In this document: piece after piece, positions 6,472 to 17,244 of the stretch
Layout of the letters: each line of letters begins with the position of its first letter
How positions within the stretch are numbered: position 1 is the first letter of the stretch
NCBI GenBank assembly: GCA_021771025.1
Contig: JAETPW010000007.1
Span: forward strand, 60,744-124,743
Direction of reading: 5' to 3'
Length of the DNA: 64,000 nt
DNA from: Clostridiaceae bacterium
GTDB taxonomy: Bacteria > Bacillota > Clostridia > TANB77 > CAG-508
Program-made: the position numbers and the translations under genes
The notes under the pieces: model-generated
Told to the model about the DNA's origin: nothing
Seen by the model: only the letters and a program-made list of their open reading frames with translations
Database searches by the model: none

Positions 6472-9039
6472 ATGTACATTTTTAACCGCATTACTGTTAA
6501 TCCACAATTACCAAAACGAATCGAAAAATTAGCTGAAATTGCTAATAATTTATGGTGGGCGTGGAATTCAGAATTTTTAAGACTATTTAAAAAAATAGAT
6601 AAAGATCTATGGGAGGAATCTGGAAAAAATCCTGTCAAATTTCTCCGTCAAGTTTCTCAAGATCGTCTAGAAGAAGCATCAAAAGACATTCTTTTTTTGC
6701 GTGACTATGATCGCGTAGTAGAAAATTTTGAAGATTATATGAATAGCAAAAACACTTGGTTTGCTAATCGTTATCCAGAAAATAAAAATGACTTAATTGC
6801 TTATTTTTCAGCAGAATATGGCTTAGATGAAACCATTCCCATTTATTCAGGGGGCTTAGGTATTTTATCAGGAGACCATTTAAAATCAGCTAGTGATTTA
6901 GGAATTCCTCTAGTAGCGGTAGGATTATTATATAAAAATGGTTATTTTCATCAAAAAATTGATGGAAATGGTAAACAACAAACCGAATACCATGACATAG
7001 ATTTATACAATATGCCAATTCTTCCGGTAAAGGACGAAAAAGGCGAAGACTTAATGATCTACATCAAATTTCCCAAAAGAAGAATTTATCTAAAAGTATG
7101 GCAAATTAATGTAGGAAGAGTAAAATTATATTTACTTGACTCAGATATCGAAAAAAATAATCCAGAAGATCGTGATGTTACTTTGCGCCTATATGGTGGT
7201 GACCAAGAGATGAGAATCCGCCAAGAAATCGTTTTAGGTATGGGAGGAGTTAATCTACTTACTCGTGCTTTAAAACTAAAACCAACCGTTTATCACATGA
7301 ATGAAGGGCACTCTGCATTTTTAACGTTAGAATTAATCAAAAACATCATCAAAGAAAAAGAAGTTTCCTTTGATTTAGCAAAAGATATCGTTAGTTCAAA
7401 AACAGTATTTACTACTCACACACCAGTACCAGCAGGAAACGATATTTTTCCAATTTCTTTAGTAGAAAAATACTTCAAAGACTTCTGGCCAAGAATTGAC
7501 CTATCTCGTGAAGAATTTTTAAAGATGGGAATGAAACCATGCCAAGATTTAGAACCAGGATTTAATATGGGAATATTAGCCTTAAAAATTGCTGGAAAGA
7601 AAAATGGCGTAAGCAAACTTCATGGAGCAGTATCCAGAGAATTATTTGGAGAAGTTTGGCCAGAGATAGCCGCCAATGAATCACCAATCGGTCATGTTAC
7701 CAATGGAATTCATACTTGTTCATGGCTTGCTCCCAATTTAAAGGCTTTATACAATAAATATTTAATTCCTTATTGGCAAGATAATATTCAACACGATTAT
7801 GTTTGGGAAAAAATCAAAAACATTCCTGATGATAAATTATGGGATGCCCACCAAGATCGCAAAAATAAATTACTAAAAATCGTAAAAGACAACACAACCG
7901 AACGCCTAAGAAGATCAGGCTATCCTTATGAAGAAATAACCTCAATTGTTTCAAAATTAGATCCAAATGCACTAACCATTGGATTTGCCAGAAGATTTGC
8001 TACCTACAAAAGAGCAACCTTGATTTTTAAAGACTTAGAACGAATTACTCAAATCTTAAATAACAGTGATCGTCCAATTCAACTTATCTTTGCTGGAAAA
8101 GCCCATCCTGCTGACAAAGAAGGGCAAGACTTAATCAAATATATCCATGAAGTATCCATGATGCCACAATTTAAAGGCAAAATATTCTTATTGGAAAACT
8201 ACAATATTGCCATGTCACGTTACTTAATCAGTGGGGTAGACGTATGGCTTAACAACCCAAGAAGGCCAATGGAAGCATCAGGAACCAGCGGGCAAAAAGC
8301 ATCTGTCAATGGAGTGTTAAACTTCAGTGTATTAGACGGATGGTGGGCAGAAGGCTATAACCAAGAAAATGGTTGGACCATTGGAACAAACGCCGAATAC
8401 GATTCCTACGAAGCCCAAGACATGGCAGATAGCCAAAGTATGTATCGAACATTAGAAGAAAAAATTGTTCCTGCTTATTATGCCAAAGACAAAAATGGGG
8501 TCTCCCGAAAATGGATCAATTTAATGAAAAACTCAATTATCACCACAGGAGGAAAATACAGCACATCTCGTATGTTAGTTGACTACACAAGAGACCTATA
8601 TATACCTCTATGCAACCTAACCAATGAATACTACGAAAATGTAGACGATGTAGCATCTTATCACGCATGGAAACAAGAAATATACACCAATTGGAAAGAC
8701 ATTAAACTGCATCAAAAAAATAACTTAGACAACATCACCATTGATGCCGGAAATCAAATTGAGGTAAAATGTGAGGTAGAATTACCTAATATTGATCCAG
8801 AACACATCAGTGTGGAATGTTACTATGGAAAAATATTAGAAAATGGAGTAGTAGAAAACGTAACCATCATTCCAATGAATCTAGTAGAAATAAATGAAGA
8901 AACAAAAACGTATGGATACACAACCAAAATAGAACTAAAAACAGGAGGAAACTACGGTTATACCTTCCGCATTATGCCAAAACATGAGATGTTATTAGAA
9001 CCAGCCAATTTAAATTTAATTAAATGGATAACGAAATAG
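6472..9039 (+). CDS. glgP: alpha-glucan (glycogen/maltodextrin) phosphorylase, GT35 family
   Basis: 855 aa; DUF3417-type N-terminus, NEGHSAF motif, and a pyridoxal-phosphate lysine region (FARRFATYKR). Confidence 0.85.
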   Translation: MYIFNRITVNPQLPKRIEKLAEIANNLWWAWNSEFLRLFKKIDKDLWEESGKNPVKFLRQVSQDRLEEASKDILFLRDYDRVVENFEDYMNSKNTWFANRYPENKNDLIAYFSAEYGLDETIPIYSGGLGILSGDHLKSASDLGIPLVAVGLLYKNGYFHQKIDGNGKQQTEYHDIDLYNMPILPVKDEKGEDLMIYIKFPKRRIYLKVWQINVGRVKLYLLDSDIEKNNPEDRDVTLRLYGGDQEMRIRQEIVLGMGGVNLLTRALKLKPTVYHMNEGHSAFLTLELIKNIIKEKEVSFDLAKDIVSSKTVFTTHTPVPAGNDIFPISLVEKYFKDFWPRIDLSREEFLKMGMKPCQDLEPGFNMGILALKIAGKKNGVSKLHGAVSRELFGEVWPEIAANESPIGHVTNGIHTCSWLAPNLKALYNKYLIPYWQDNIQHDYVWEKIKNIPDDKLWDAHQDRKNKLLKIVKDNTTERLRRSGYPYEEITSIVSKLDPNALTIGFARRFATYKRATLIFKDLERITQILNNSDRPIQLIFAGKAHPADKEGQDLIKYIHEVSMMPQFKGKIFLLENYNIAMSRYLISGVDVWLNNPRRPMEASGTSGQKASVNGVLNFSVLDGWWAEGYNQENGWTIGTNAEYDSYEAQDMADSQSMYRTLEEKIVPAYYAKDKNGVSRKWINLMKNSIITTGGKYSTSRMLVDYTRDLYIPLCNLTNEYYENVDDVASYHAWKQEIYTNWKDIKLHQKNNLDNITIDAGNQIEVKCEVELPNIDPEHISVECYYGKILENGVVENVTIIPMNLVEINEETKTYGYTTKIELKTGGNYGYTFRIMPKHEMLLEPANLNLIKWITK

Positions 9040-9100
9040 GGAATAGGGAAAAATTAGCTAGGGAAAAAAGGGGACGCCCCAAACTTCCCTAGCTAAAAAT
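9040..9100. repeat. intergenic repeat family B (nested hairpin with a GGGGACGCCCC core)
   Basis: CTAGGGAAAAAAGGGGACGCCCCAAACTTCCCTAG. Similar copies at 20111-20160, 20701-20750 (reverse), 54842-54892 and 58859-58910, all immediately after stop codons. Confidence 0.7.
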
Positions 9101-9126
9101 TTGATAAAAAAAGAGCCACTAATTGT

Positions 9127-9155
9127 TTGACAAATCTAAAATAGTGTGTTATTAT
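9127..9155 (+). promoter_or_regulatory. near-consensus sigma-A promoter with no downstream ORF (candidate sRNA promoter)
   Basis: TTGACA, 17-nt spacer containing TGn, then TATTAT. Downstream are about 500 bp with no credible CDS, lying between convergent genes. Confidence 0.5.
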
Positions 9156-9662
9156 TGAGTTACAAAATGAATGTGTTTATCTAGTCGTTAGCATTCATAA
9201 AGTGAACGGGTGTGTATTGCAACTACACATCTTTTTATATGCAAAAAAATAGAGCAGAGTGCAACTCTCTACTCCATTCGACTATGTATTGCTACTTTTA
9301 GTCTTTGTTCACTTTTTCATCTTGCATTTGATTTTCTTGTTGTAGCAGAAAGTTTTTTTCCTTTTCTGCTATTACCATATCTATCAAATGAAGAATCACG
9401 TCGTTAGCATTCAATCTGTGAACCCCCTTTCCGCCCTTCAGAAAGGGCTACCTTTCTTAGCGTTAGGTTGGTAATATTTTACAATGTTTTGGTTGAAAAA
9501 TCAAGCGAACATTTATCATATTTTTACTTACATTTTTGTTGGACTTGATTTAAGTTTCTTAGCAAAATGTAATAAGTTAGAGATTATATGGACCTTTCAA
9601 AGAACAAAGTTATTTATTTTTTGGGGCTATATTCAAGAAAATGTGACCATGAATATGATGTA

Positions 9663-10910
9663 CTAGCAAAGGGAATTATCTAAAAATTCCAATTTATGCG
9701 TAAAATCCAAATTGCTCCACGAATCATATTCATATCCAATTGTATAAATATTAGTAGCATCAATATCTTTTTCCAGCAAAATTCTATTGTTTTTATTCAT
9801 ACTTTCATCAGCATATTTCTTCACAGAAGTAATAATTTCCAATTTTGGATTAGCTTTACTTATCTCAGAAATCAAATATTTCCCCTGTTCATTCCAACCT
9901 AAAACACGAGCATAAGGAGTAGTTTTTTTAGCAATTATCATATCCTTTTTATCAATCCCTAACAAAGCATACAATAAAATACGGGTAAGTCTAGTATTAG
10001 CATAACGTTTACTCTGAATAATCGTTAAAAACTCGGTAAGACTATTACAGCTATTAGCTGCATTTTTAATAGCATACTCTAAACCTTCTGAAACATCTGG
10101 CAATTCTGCTATTTCACTTAATGGCATCTTACGTAAAAGATAAATCATTTCCCTTTCGAAAGTAGAAAGGTCAGGAACAATATGACCAATTTTTAATTGA
10201 TCCATTAAAATAGAATAACTACTTTCAGGCATTAACTTAGGAAGAATACGAAATCCATTATTTTTCACAATATTGCGAATAGCGGTACTACTAGCCATAT
10301 TACCATTAACCCCTGTACTATGGTAATCAGCCTCGAAACGCTCTAAACAATAAGGTACAATACTACTCTTTCTTCGTTTTAATGCTTTTAAATATTCGAT
10401 TGCTAAGATATTATTAGGAGAAGAAAGAATGCCAGCATATTTTCGAATATCATTCAGATACATCATTAAAGCATTTTCACGTGCCTTAGGAAAAGAAAGG
10501 CCCTTTTTTAATTCATGAGACAAAATACTTCTATATTCTTTAGGTTCTTGCACTAAAACATCAGCAATTTTACTCAATAACTCCAAATGAGCTGTTTCTG
10601 CACCAAAAGAGAGGGTATCCACAATTTTCAGTGAATCTAAAATTTTAACTCCTCCCTCAGCAAAATTCTCTGCACTAGAAATAGCATATAAAACAGGAAG
10701 TTCAAGAACTAAATCAATGCCACTTGCCAAGGCCATTTTAGCTTTAGACCATTTATCCATCAAAGAAGTAGAACCTCGCTGAGTAAAATTACCACTAATC
10801 ACAGCGATACTATATTTTGAATTCGTTTCTTCCTTTGATTTTTGCAAATGATAATAGTGACCATTATGAAATGGATTATACTCAGCAATAATTCCTAATA
10901 CTTTACTCAT
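9663..10910 (-). CDS. tmcAL: tRNA(Met) cytidine acetate ligase TmcAL (YlbM/UPF0348 nucleotidyltransferase)
   Basis: N-terminal LGIIAEYNPFHNGHYYHLQ with the HxGH nucleotidyltransferase motif; 415 aa. Confidence 0.8.
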   Translation of the reverse strand: MSKVLGIIAEYNPFHNGHYYHLQKSKEETNSKYSIAVISGNFTQRGSTSLMDKWSKAKMALASGIDLVLELPVLYAISSAENFAEGGVKILDSLKIVDTLSFGAETAHLELLSKIADVLVQEPKEYRSILSHELKKGLSFPKARENALMMYLNDIRKYAGILSSPNNILAIEYLKALKRRKSSIVPYCLERFEADYHSTGVNGNMASSTAIRNIVKNNGFRILPKLMPESSYSILMDQLKIGHIVPDLSTFEREMIYLLRKMPLSEIAELPDVSEGLEYAIKNAANSCNSLTEFLTIIQSKRYANTRLTRILLYALLGIDKKDMIIAKKTTPYARVLGWNEQGKYLISEISKANPKLEIITSVKKYADESMNKNNRILLEKDIDATNIYTIGYEYDSWSNLDFTHKLEFLDNSLC

Positions 10911-10980
10911 GTCTACCTCCTTGTCAATTCCTAAATTTACTGTTATAATATCATAAAATTAAACAAGGGTCAAACTTTTT

Positions 10981-11040
10981 CGTTTTGGGGACGGTTCTCA
11001 AAACGAAAAAATCTTCCGTTTGAGAACCGTCCCCAAAACG
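10981..11040. repeat. palindromic repeat family R (GGGGACGGTTC core)
   Basis: A 25-bp near-perfect inverted repeat, CGTTTTGGGGACGGTTCTCAAAACG / CGTTTGAGAACCGTCCCCAAAACG. Relatives at 51049-51133, 54061-54127, 57651-57710 and 50243-50280. Confidence 0.7.
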
Positions 11041-11061
11041 AAAAAGAGAAAGGAAAAAAGA

Positions 11062-11496
11062 ATGGAAAAAGTAATGATTTATACCGATGGTGCATGCTCA
11101 GGAAACCCAGGACCAGGAGGGTGGGGAGCCATATTATTTTATGGAGATTACCAAAAAGAAATTTCAGGTGGGAAAAAGGATACTACGAATAATGTAATGG
11201 AATTAACTGCTGCCTTAGAGGCACTTAAGTTATTAAAATTTCCGTGTCAGGTGGATTTATATAGTGATAGTGCTTATTTAGTTAATGCCTTTGAAAAAAA
11301 ATGGATTGAAAGTTGGCAGAAAAACCAATGGAAAACAGCTAGTAAAGATCCGGTGAAAAATCAAGAAATATGGCAAGAATTGTATGGGCTTACTAAAACT
11401 CATCAAGTGAAATTTCATAAAGTAAAGGGACATAGTGATAATGAGTTTAATAATCGTTGTGATGAATTGGCTAGAAATGCTATTCAGAATTTATAG
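11062..11496 (+). CDS. rnhA: ribonuclease HI
   Basis: [20 protein letters not shown] and the DEDD catalytic pattern. The start is placed at [10 protein letters not shown]; the upstream in-frame stretch lies inside the palindromic repeat. Confidence 0.85.
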   Translation: MEKVMIYTDGACSGNPGPGGWGAILFYGDYQKEISGGKKDTTNNVMELTAALEALKLLKFPCQVDLYSDSAYLVNAFEKKWIESWQKNQWKTASKDPVKNQEIWQELYGLTKTHQVKFHKVKGHSDNEFNNRCDELARNAIQNL

Positions 11497-11600
11497 AGAA
11501 ATTTATATTGTGACATTTTCATGACAATCCACTGATTTTATTGCAATTTTCCCCGAATTCTTTTATAATAAAATTGTCAAGAATACTTAGGAGGAATAAA

Positions 11601-12380
11601 ATGGAGACATTTGCGGAATATATTTTAAACGAAAAAAACTTAGCTTCTAAAATGGAAATCATGTATTATCTAGCTAGAAAAAGCAAGATTTTTTTTGATA
11701 AATCAACGGTTTTTAAAACAGAGATAGCACGCCTATTTTTAGGGAGTGTACCATTAGAAATAGATCAAAATCAGGTGCTAACAGCTTGTCTTCTATGCAA
11801 TTGTAAAAAGGTAGAAATTTCTCAAAGTTTAGATGATTTAAAGTCATATGCTAAGCATGGGGCTGAATATCTTTTTTCCATTGGTTTTGATAAAAAATTT
11901 TGTAAAATTTGTGAAGAAGTGAATCGATATAGTGGTACTAATCCAAGAGAAAAAGAAGGCGATATTTTAGAACTAGTTGATCAGTTTGGAGGAATGCTCT
12001 TAGATAGACCAGAAAGAATTGGCTTATCAGTAGAGGAAGCCTTAGTGTTGTTAGAATACCGAAATTTAAAAGATAAATTCAATCGTTATTTACATCCGTT
12101 TATTGACTTTGTCCGTGAAATAGAATCCATTATTATTTCAGAACAGGGAGAAATAACGCCACTAAAAGAATTGGTTAACTTAGTTAAGGAAACACCAGAC
12201 GAAAAGCATTTTATTACGGCAGTAACGTATGAATATGAACCAAAGATAGATAAAATTTTACGTCAAAATGGTAGTGTAGATCCTACTAAAAATGAAGGAA
12301 TGTTAGAAGAAGGAAATCCCAATAGAGCCTTATTTAGTGAAGAGACAACCAAAAAGATTATTGGTCATTTAGTTCCTTAA
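11601..12380 (+). CDS. hypothetical protein, HD-domain-like with degenerate H-D motif
   Basis: AGGAGG RBS. Segment LTACLLCNCKK...AKHGAEYL resembles the HD phosphohydrolase core but carries C-N in place of H-D. Confidence 0.4.
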   Translation: METFAEYILNEKNLASKMEIMYYLARKSKIFFDKSTVFKTEIARLFLGSVPLEIDQNQVLTACLLCNCKKVEISQSLDDLKSYAKHGAEYLFSIGFDKKFCKICEEVNRYSGTNPREKEGDILELVDQFGGMLLDRPERIGLSVEEALVLLEYRNLKDKFNRYLHPFIDFVREIESIIISEQGEITPLKELVNLVKETPDEKHFITAVTYEYEPKIDKILRQNGSVDPTKNEGMLEEGNPNRALFSEETTKKIIGHLVP

Positions 12381-12421
12381 AAGACGTAGCTAAATGGTAG
12401 AGATAGAAAAGAGGATATAAT

Positions 12422-13609
12422 ATGTACGAAATATTTGCTGATTTACACGTTCACATCGGACGATCAGAAACAGGTAAACCCATTAAAATCACAGCAGCAA
12501 AATCACTTAATTTTGCCAATATTGCGAAGGAATGTGCTGAGCGAAAAGGAATTCAAGTAGTTGGCATTATTGATTGTGCCTCTCCCTATGTGATAGAAGA
12601 TATTGAGAAATTCTTACAAACAGGAGAAGCTTATGAATTAGAAGAAGGAGGAATCATATACCAAGATAAAGTATGTATTTTATTAGGAAGTGAAGTAGAA
12701 ACCTCAGAAGAAGGACGAAATGGAAAAAAAGGAGCTGCTCATAATATTTGTTTCTTTCCTCATTTGTCTGATATCAAACAATTTTCCCAGGAAATGAGTC
12801 ATCACATAAAAAATATCACATTAAGTACCCAAAGATCCGATTTATCTGGGTATGAATTAATCGACATTGTGGAAAAATACCAAGGGATTTTAATTCCTGC
12901 TCATATTTTTACGCCGTTCAAAAGTTATTATGGAAATTGTACAGACCGCATAAGATCTATTTTCAAAGAAAAATACGATAAAATCTGTGCTGTAGAATTG
13001 GGCTTAAGTTCAGACACGTATCTTGCTGATACCATTTCAGAACTGGAAAACAAAACGTTTCTAACCAATTCAGATGCTCATTCTTTGCCTAAAATTGCAA
13101 GAGAATACAATAAAATGTTAGTTGAAAAGATCTCTTTTACTGAAATTGTAAAGGCATTAAAAGGGCAAGAAGGAAGAAAAGTGTTAGCTAATTATGGATT
13201 AGACCCTAAATTAGGAAAATACCATAGAACCTATTGTGATGATTGTGAACAATCCATAGAAACCAAAGAACCAGTTCTAAGTTGTCCACATTGTGGAGGA
13301 AAAAATGTGACATTTGGTGTTTTCGATCGAATTGAACTCATTAAAGACAAAGAGCAAACCAAAAGTCCAGACATAAGACCTCCTTATATTTATCAAATTC
13401 CATTGGGATTTATCCCGGGAGTAGGAGGAAAAACGGTAGAGAAATTGTTAGCTCATTTTGAAACAGAAATGAACATTTTACATCGATTATCCAAAGATGA
13501 TTTAGAAGCTGTCGTAGGCGAAAAAATAGCAAGTCACATCGAAAAAGCAAGAACAGGAAATTGTGTAGTTCACGCCGGTGGTGGAGGAAACTACGGAAAA
13601 ATTGAATAA
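12422..13609 (+). CDS. PHP-domain protein of the TIGR00375/endonuclease Q-like family
   Basis: N-terminal ADLHVHIGRSETGKPIKITAA and a C-terminal Cys cluster (CDDC...CPHCGG) as in EndoQ-type enzymes. Confidence 0.6.
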   Translation: MYEIFADLHVHIGRSETGKPIKITAAKSLNFANIAKECAERKGIQVVGIIDCASPYVIEDIEKFLQTGEAYELEEGGIIYQDKVCILLGSEVETSEEGRNGKKGAAHNICFFPHLSDIKQFSQEMSHHIKNITLSTQRSDLSGYELIDIVEKYQGILIPAHIFTPFKSYYGNCTDRIRSIFKEKYDKICAVELGLSSDTYLADTISELENKTFLTNSDAHSLPKIAREYNKMLVEKISFTEIVKALKGQEGRKVLANYGLDPKLGKYHRTYCDDCEQSIETKEPVLSCPHCGGKNVTFGVFDRIELIKDKEQTKSPDIRPPYIYQIPLGFIPGVGGKTVEKLLAHFETEMNILHRLSKDDLEAVVGEKIASHIEKARTGNCVVHAGGGGNYGKIE

Positions 13610-13669
13610 GTAGAAGTTCTAAAAAACTCCTTATCGCATACACATTATGTAAGAAAACAAAGGAAAGCG

Positions 13670-14338
13670 ATGAGGAGTTTTACGATGAGAAAAAAGAAGT
13701 TAGGAAGATGGAGAGAAGTACTTCAAAATCATATTGGTAATAATCGAAAAGAATATATCATTGTGACATTATTTTTTATCATTGGCGTATTTTTAGGGGT
13801 ACTCTTTATTAATTATACGGGAGAAAGCCAGCATACTGAAATTTCTACGTATTTAAATCAGTTTTTAACAAAAGTGAATGAGAAACAAGAGATTGATCAA
13901 ATGGCAATGCTAAAGAATAGTCTCTGGGAAAACATTGTTTTGACGATTACCATTTGGTTTTTTGGCACTACCCTGATTGGTCTTCCTGTGGTGTTTGGTA
14001 TGTTGATTTATCGAGGATTTTGTTTGGGATATACGATTTCAGCTTGTATTCAAGTTTTGGGTTTTTCTAAAGGGATTGTTTTTGTTTTGTCTACGCTGGT
14101 TGTACAGAATTTGATTTTTATTCCGGTATTACTTGCTTTAGCAGTTAGTGGATTTAAGCTTTATCAGTCAATTGTTAGGGATAAGCGAAAGGAAAATATT
14201 AAACTAGAAATGATTAGGCATACGGTTTTTGGTTTGGTGATGATGGTATTTTTGTGTTTGGCTTCTGTACTGGAGGTTTTCATTTCGGGCAATTTGCTTA
14301 AGGTGATTGTTCCACTTTGGGGGCAGGGTGGTGGATAA
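13670..14338 (+). CDS. spoIIM: stage II sporulation protein M
   Basis: Polytopic membrane protein with a SpoIIM-like N-terminus; located beside xerD as in Bacillus. Confidence 0.7.
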   Translation: MRSFTMRKKKLGRWREVLQNHIGNNRKEYIIVTLFFIIGVFLGVLFINYTGESQHTEISTYLNQFLTKVNEKQEIDQMAMLKNSLWENIVLTITIWFFGTTLIGLPVVFGMLIYRGFCLGYTISACIQVLGFSKGIVFVLSTLVVQNLIFIPVLLALAVSGFKLYQSIVRDKRKENIKLEMIRHTVFGLVMMVFLCLASVLEVFISGNLLKVIVPLWGQGGG

Positions 14339-14532
14339 ATTAATATGATTATCATTAGCCAAGTTTCCCTTTTTACACGGCCTCCTTTTTAGCAAGCTGT
14401 GGGAGGTAACAAGGTAGTAGCAAAAAAATGAAAAAATATCGAAAAATGTATTTACATTTTCGAAATTGTTTGATATAACATATATAGTTTATGTAAATAA
14501 AATATTTCAAATATAGGGGTAGGGGAAAAAAC

Positions 14533-15414
14533 ATGGAAAAACAATTAAAACTTTTTTTTGCATTTCTTGAAAATGAAAAAAAATTATCAAGTAACACTTT
14601 GCAATCATACAAAAGAGACTTAAAACAATTTAAACAATACTTAGAATATCGTGAAATCCATTATAATCGAGTAGATGAAGATGTTATCAAAGACTATACA
14701 AAAGAGTTAGAAGATGAAGGGAAAAAAGCATCTACTATTTCGAGATGTATTGCCTCTATTCGTTCATTCTATCAATTTGTGGTAAAAAAAGGAAAAGTAA
14801 AGAAAGATCCAACTGAACACATTCAATCTCCTAAAATCGAGAAAAGAGTACCAAGTGTGTTAACGGCAAAAGAAGTAGAATTATTATTAGAACAACCAAA
14901 AGATGTTGACTTAAAAGGAATTCGTGATAAAGCCATGTTAGAATTTGCCTATGCTACTGGAATGAGAGTAACCGAAATCATTTCTCTAGATATAGATGAT
15001 GTTAATGTAAAAGAAGGTTTTGTTACTTGTCACCATGCGGGAAAACAAAGGAACATTCCATTAGGAAATATGGCTCTTAAAGCTTTGACTGAATATATCG
15101 AAGAAGCAAGAGATGTATTAATCAAATATGAACAAGAAAGAGCTTTATTTGTTAACATCAATGGAAGAAGATTAACCAGACAAGGATTTTGGAAAATCAT
15201 CAAATATTATAAAGAACAAGCCCATATAACCAAAGAAATTACACCACATGTTCTTAGACATTCATTTGCTACCCATTTATTACAAAATGGTGCAGATTTA
15301 AAAGCTATTCAAACTATGCTTGGTCATTCTGATATTTCTTCAACACAAGTGTATATGCAATTTCAAGATGAAGGATTAAAAAACGTTTATCGTAAAGCAC
15401 ATCCTAGAGCATAA
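14533..15414 (+). CDS. xerD: site-specific tyrosine recombinase XerD
   Basis: LSSNTLQSYKRDL N-terminal SAM-like region; catalytic HVLRHSFATHLL...GHSDISSTQVY with the RHRY active-site tyrosine. Confidence 0.85.
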   Translation: MEKQLKLFFAFLENEKKLSSNTLQSYKRDLKQFKQYLEYREIHYNRVDEDVIKDYTKELEDEGKKASTISRCIASIRSFYQFVVKKGKVKKDPTEHIQSPKIEKRVPSVLTAKEVELLLEQPKDVDLKGIRDKAMLEFAYATGMRVTEIISLDIDDVNVKEGFVTCHHAGKQRNIPLGNMALKALTEYIEEARDVLIKYEQERALFVNINGRRLTRQGFWKIIKYYKEQAHITKEITPHVLRHSFATHLLQNGADLKAIQTMLGHSDISSTQVYMQFQDEGLKNVYRKAHPRA

Positions 15415-15591
15415 AAGAAATTTAGCAAAATTATTGTTATTAAAAATAGATAGAAAATAAAAGGGAAAAAGTTGGCAATGACCTAGTATAAATAGGGTAA
15501 GTGCTGACTTTTTTGACCCTTTATGTATTTTTTCTTGCTTAATCAGGAAGAATATAGTAAAATAAACCCAATAAAAAAGAAAGGGAGGCAA

Positions 15592-17153
15592 ATGATGAGT
15601 GGAATAGGAATAGGAGAAAGTGATTTTAAAAGACTAAGAATAAGAGAAAATTATTATATTGATAAAACCATGTATATTAAGCACATTATAGACAATGAAA
15701 GTAGAGTGTTATTAGTTACTCGTCCAAGAAGATTTGGAAAAACATTAAATATGAGTACACTAAAATATTACTTTGACATTAAAGGAAAAGACACAAAAGA
15801 CTTATTTAAAGGGCTAAAAATCATGGAACAATCAGAAAAATATACTTCTAAAATGGCAAGTTATCCCTGTATTTATATGACGCTAAAAGATTTAGGGCAG
15901 GTAAATTATCAAAATATGTTGTTAGCCTTACAAACAGAATTAGTAGAAATATTTATTGAAAATGTATTCTTATTAGAAAGTAATAAATTAATTGCTATAG
16001 AAAAAGAAATGTTTAACAAAGTATTAAATATGAAAGCAAACGAAATAGAACTAAGTAATGCGCTAAATCTGTTAATTAAATTATTGTATAAACATTATGA
16101 AAGACCAGTTATGTTATTTTTAGATGAATATGATGTACCATTACAATCGGCTTATGTAGAAGGATATTACGACCAAGCTATAAAATTTTTTAAAACATTC
16201 TATGGAACTACATTTAAAGACAACCCTTATTTAGAAAAAACAGTAATCACAGGGGTATCCAGAGTAGCCAAAGAGAGTATCTTTAGTGGAGCAAATAATT
16301 TTAACGTTTATACAGTATTAGATGATGAATTCAATACTGATTTTGGAATTACTAATGATGAAATGGATCAAATTATCCAAGATTTTACGATACAAGACAA
16401 GAAAGAAGAAATAAAAGAATGGTATGATGGGTATGTAATAGGAAACTATGATGGGATTTATAATCCATGGAGTATATTAAACTATTTAACGAGAACAGAA
16501 TTAAAACCTTACTGGGTAAATACCAGTTCTAACGACTTAATCAAACTAACCCTAAAAAATAGCGTAACCGTAAAAGAAAAAATAGAAAGATTACTAAGAG
16601 GAGAAACCATACAAGTACCCGTAAATTTAGAAACTATCATCACCGGAATAGAAGAAAAAGAAGATAACATTTGGGGGCTAATGGTAGGAACTGGTTACCT
16701 AAAAGTGGTAGAAAAATCACAAGATCAAATGACAAACCTGTGTAAAGTAAAGCTACCAAATCTTGAAATAAAATATCTATTTATCCAAATTGTCACCAAT
16801 TGGTTTTCCGACAAAGTACCGGGAAATTCCTTAAGAGAAATCCTAAAAGACTTAGTAAACCTAAACTTAGATGAATTTCAAAAAAAGTTTCGTGTATTAG
16901 TAGAGGAAATGTTTAGCTATATGGATGTCGGAAAAAATACAGCCGAAAACTTTTATCATGCTTTTGTTTTAGGATTATTAGTAGGGTTCTAGAAGATGAC
17001 CGCGAAAAAACACTAGAAGACACCATCGAAAATGCGAAAAAACAAATAGAAGAAAGAAAATACGAAGAAGATTTACAAATGCGAGGGTTTACCAATATCA
17101 CTAAAATGGTATTTGCCTTTAGAGGAAAAGAAGCTAAAATGCAGGTGGTATAA
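15592..17153 (+). pseudogene. AAA-ATPase-like (PF09820) / PDDEXK_9 (PF08011) family protein with an internal deletion plus frameshift
   Basis: The N-terminus (GESDFKRLRIRENYYIDKT...RPRRFGKT) is intact. The ORF stops at 16992 after HAFVLGLLVGF. The typical C-terminus (LEDDREKTLED...KMVFAFRGKEAKMQVV) continues to 17153 in another frame, and the nuclease core between the two is missing. Confidence 0.55.
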
Positions 17154-17244
17154 AAATTAATATTTTCTTAAACGAACAGATTAAATTGACAAAACCAAAT
17201 AAATCTTCTAGAATAAGGAAAAGACAAAAAGGAGAAATCAAATC

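Noticed and set aside
9210-9666. ORFs 9210-9407 and 9484-9666 as protein-coding
   Set aside because: They have no RBS and a hydrophobic, low-complexity composition, and they lie in a region better explained as a noncoding transcript from the promoter at 9127.
14533-15414. Tyrosine recombinase as a mobile-element integrase
   Set aside because: It sits next to spoIIM as housekeeping xerD does in Bacilli, with no flanking repeats or cargo. The islet at 44562-49109 has no integrase of its own.
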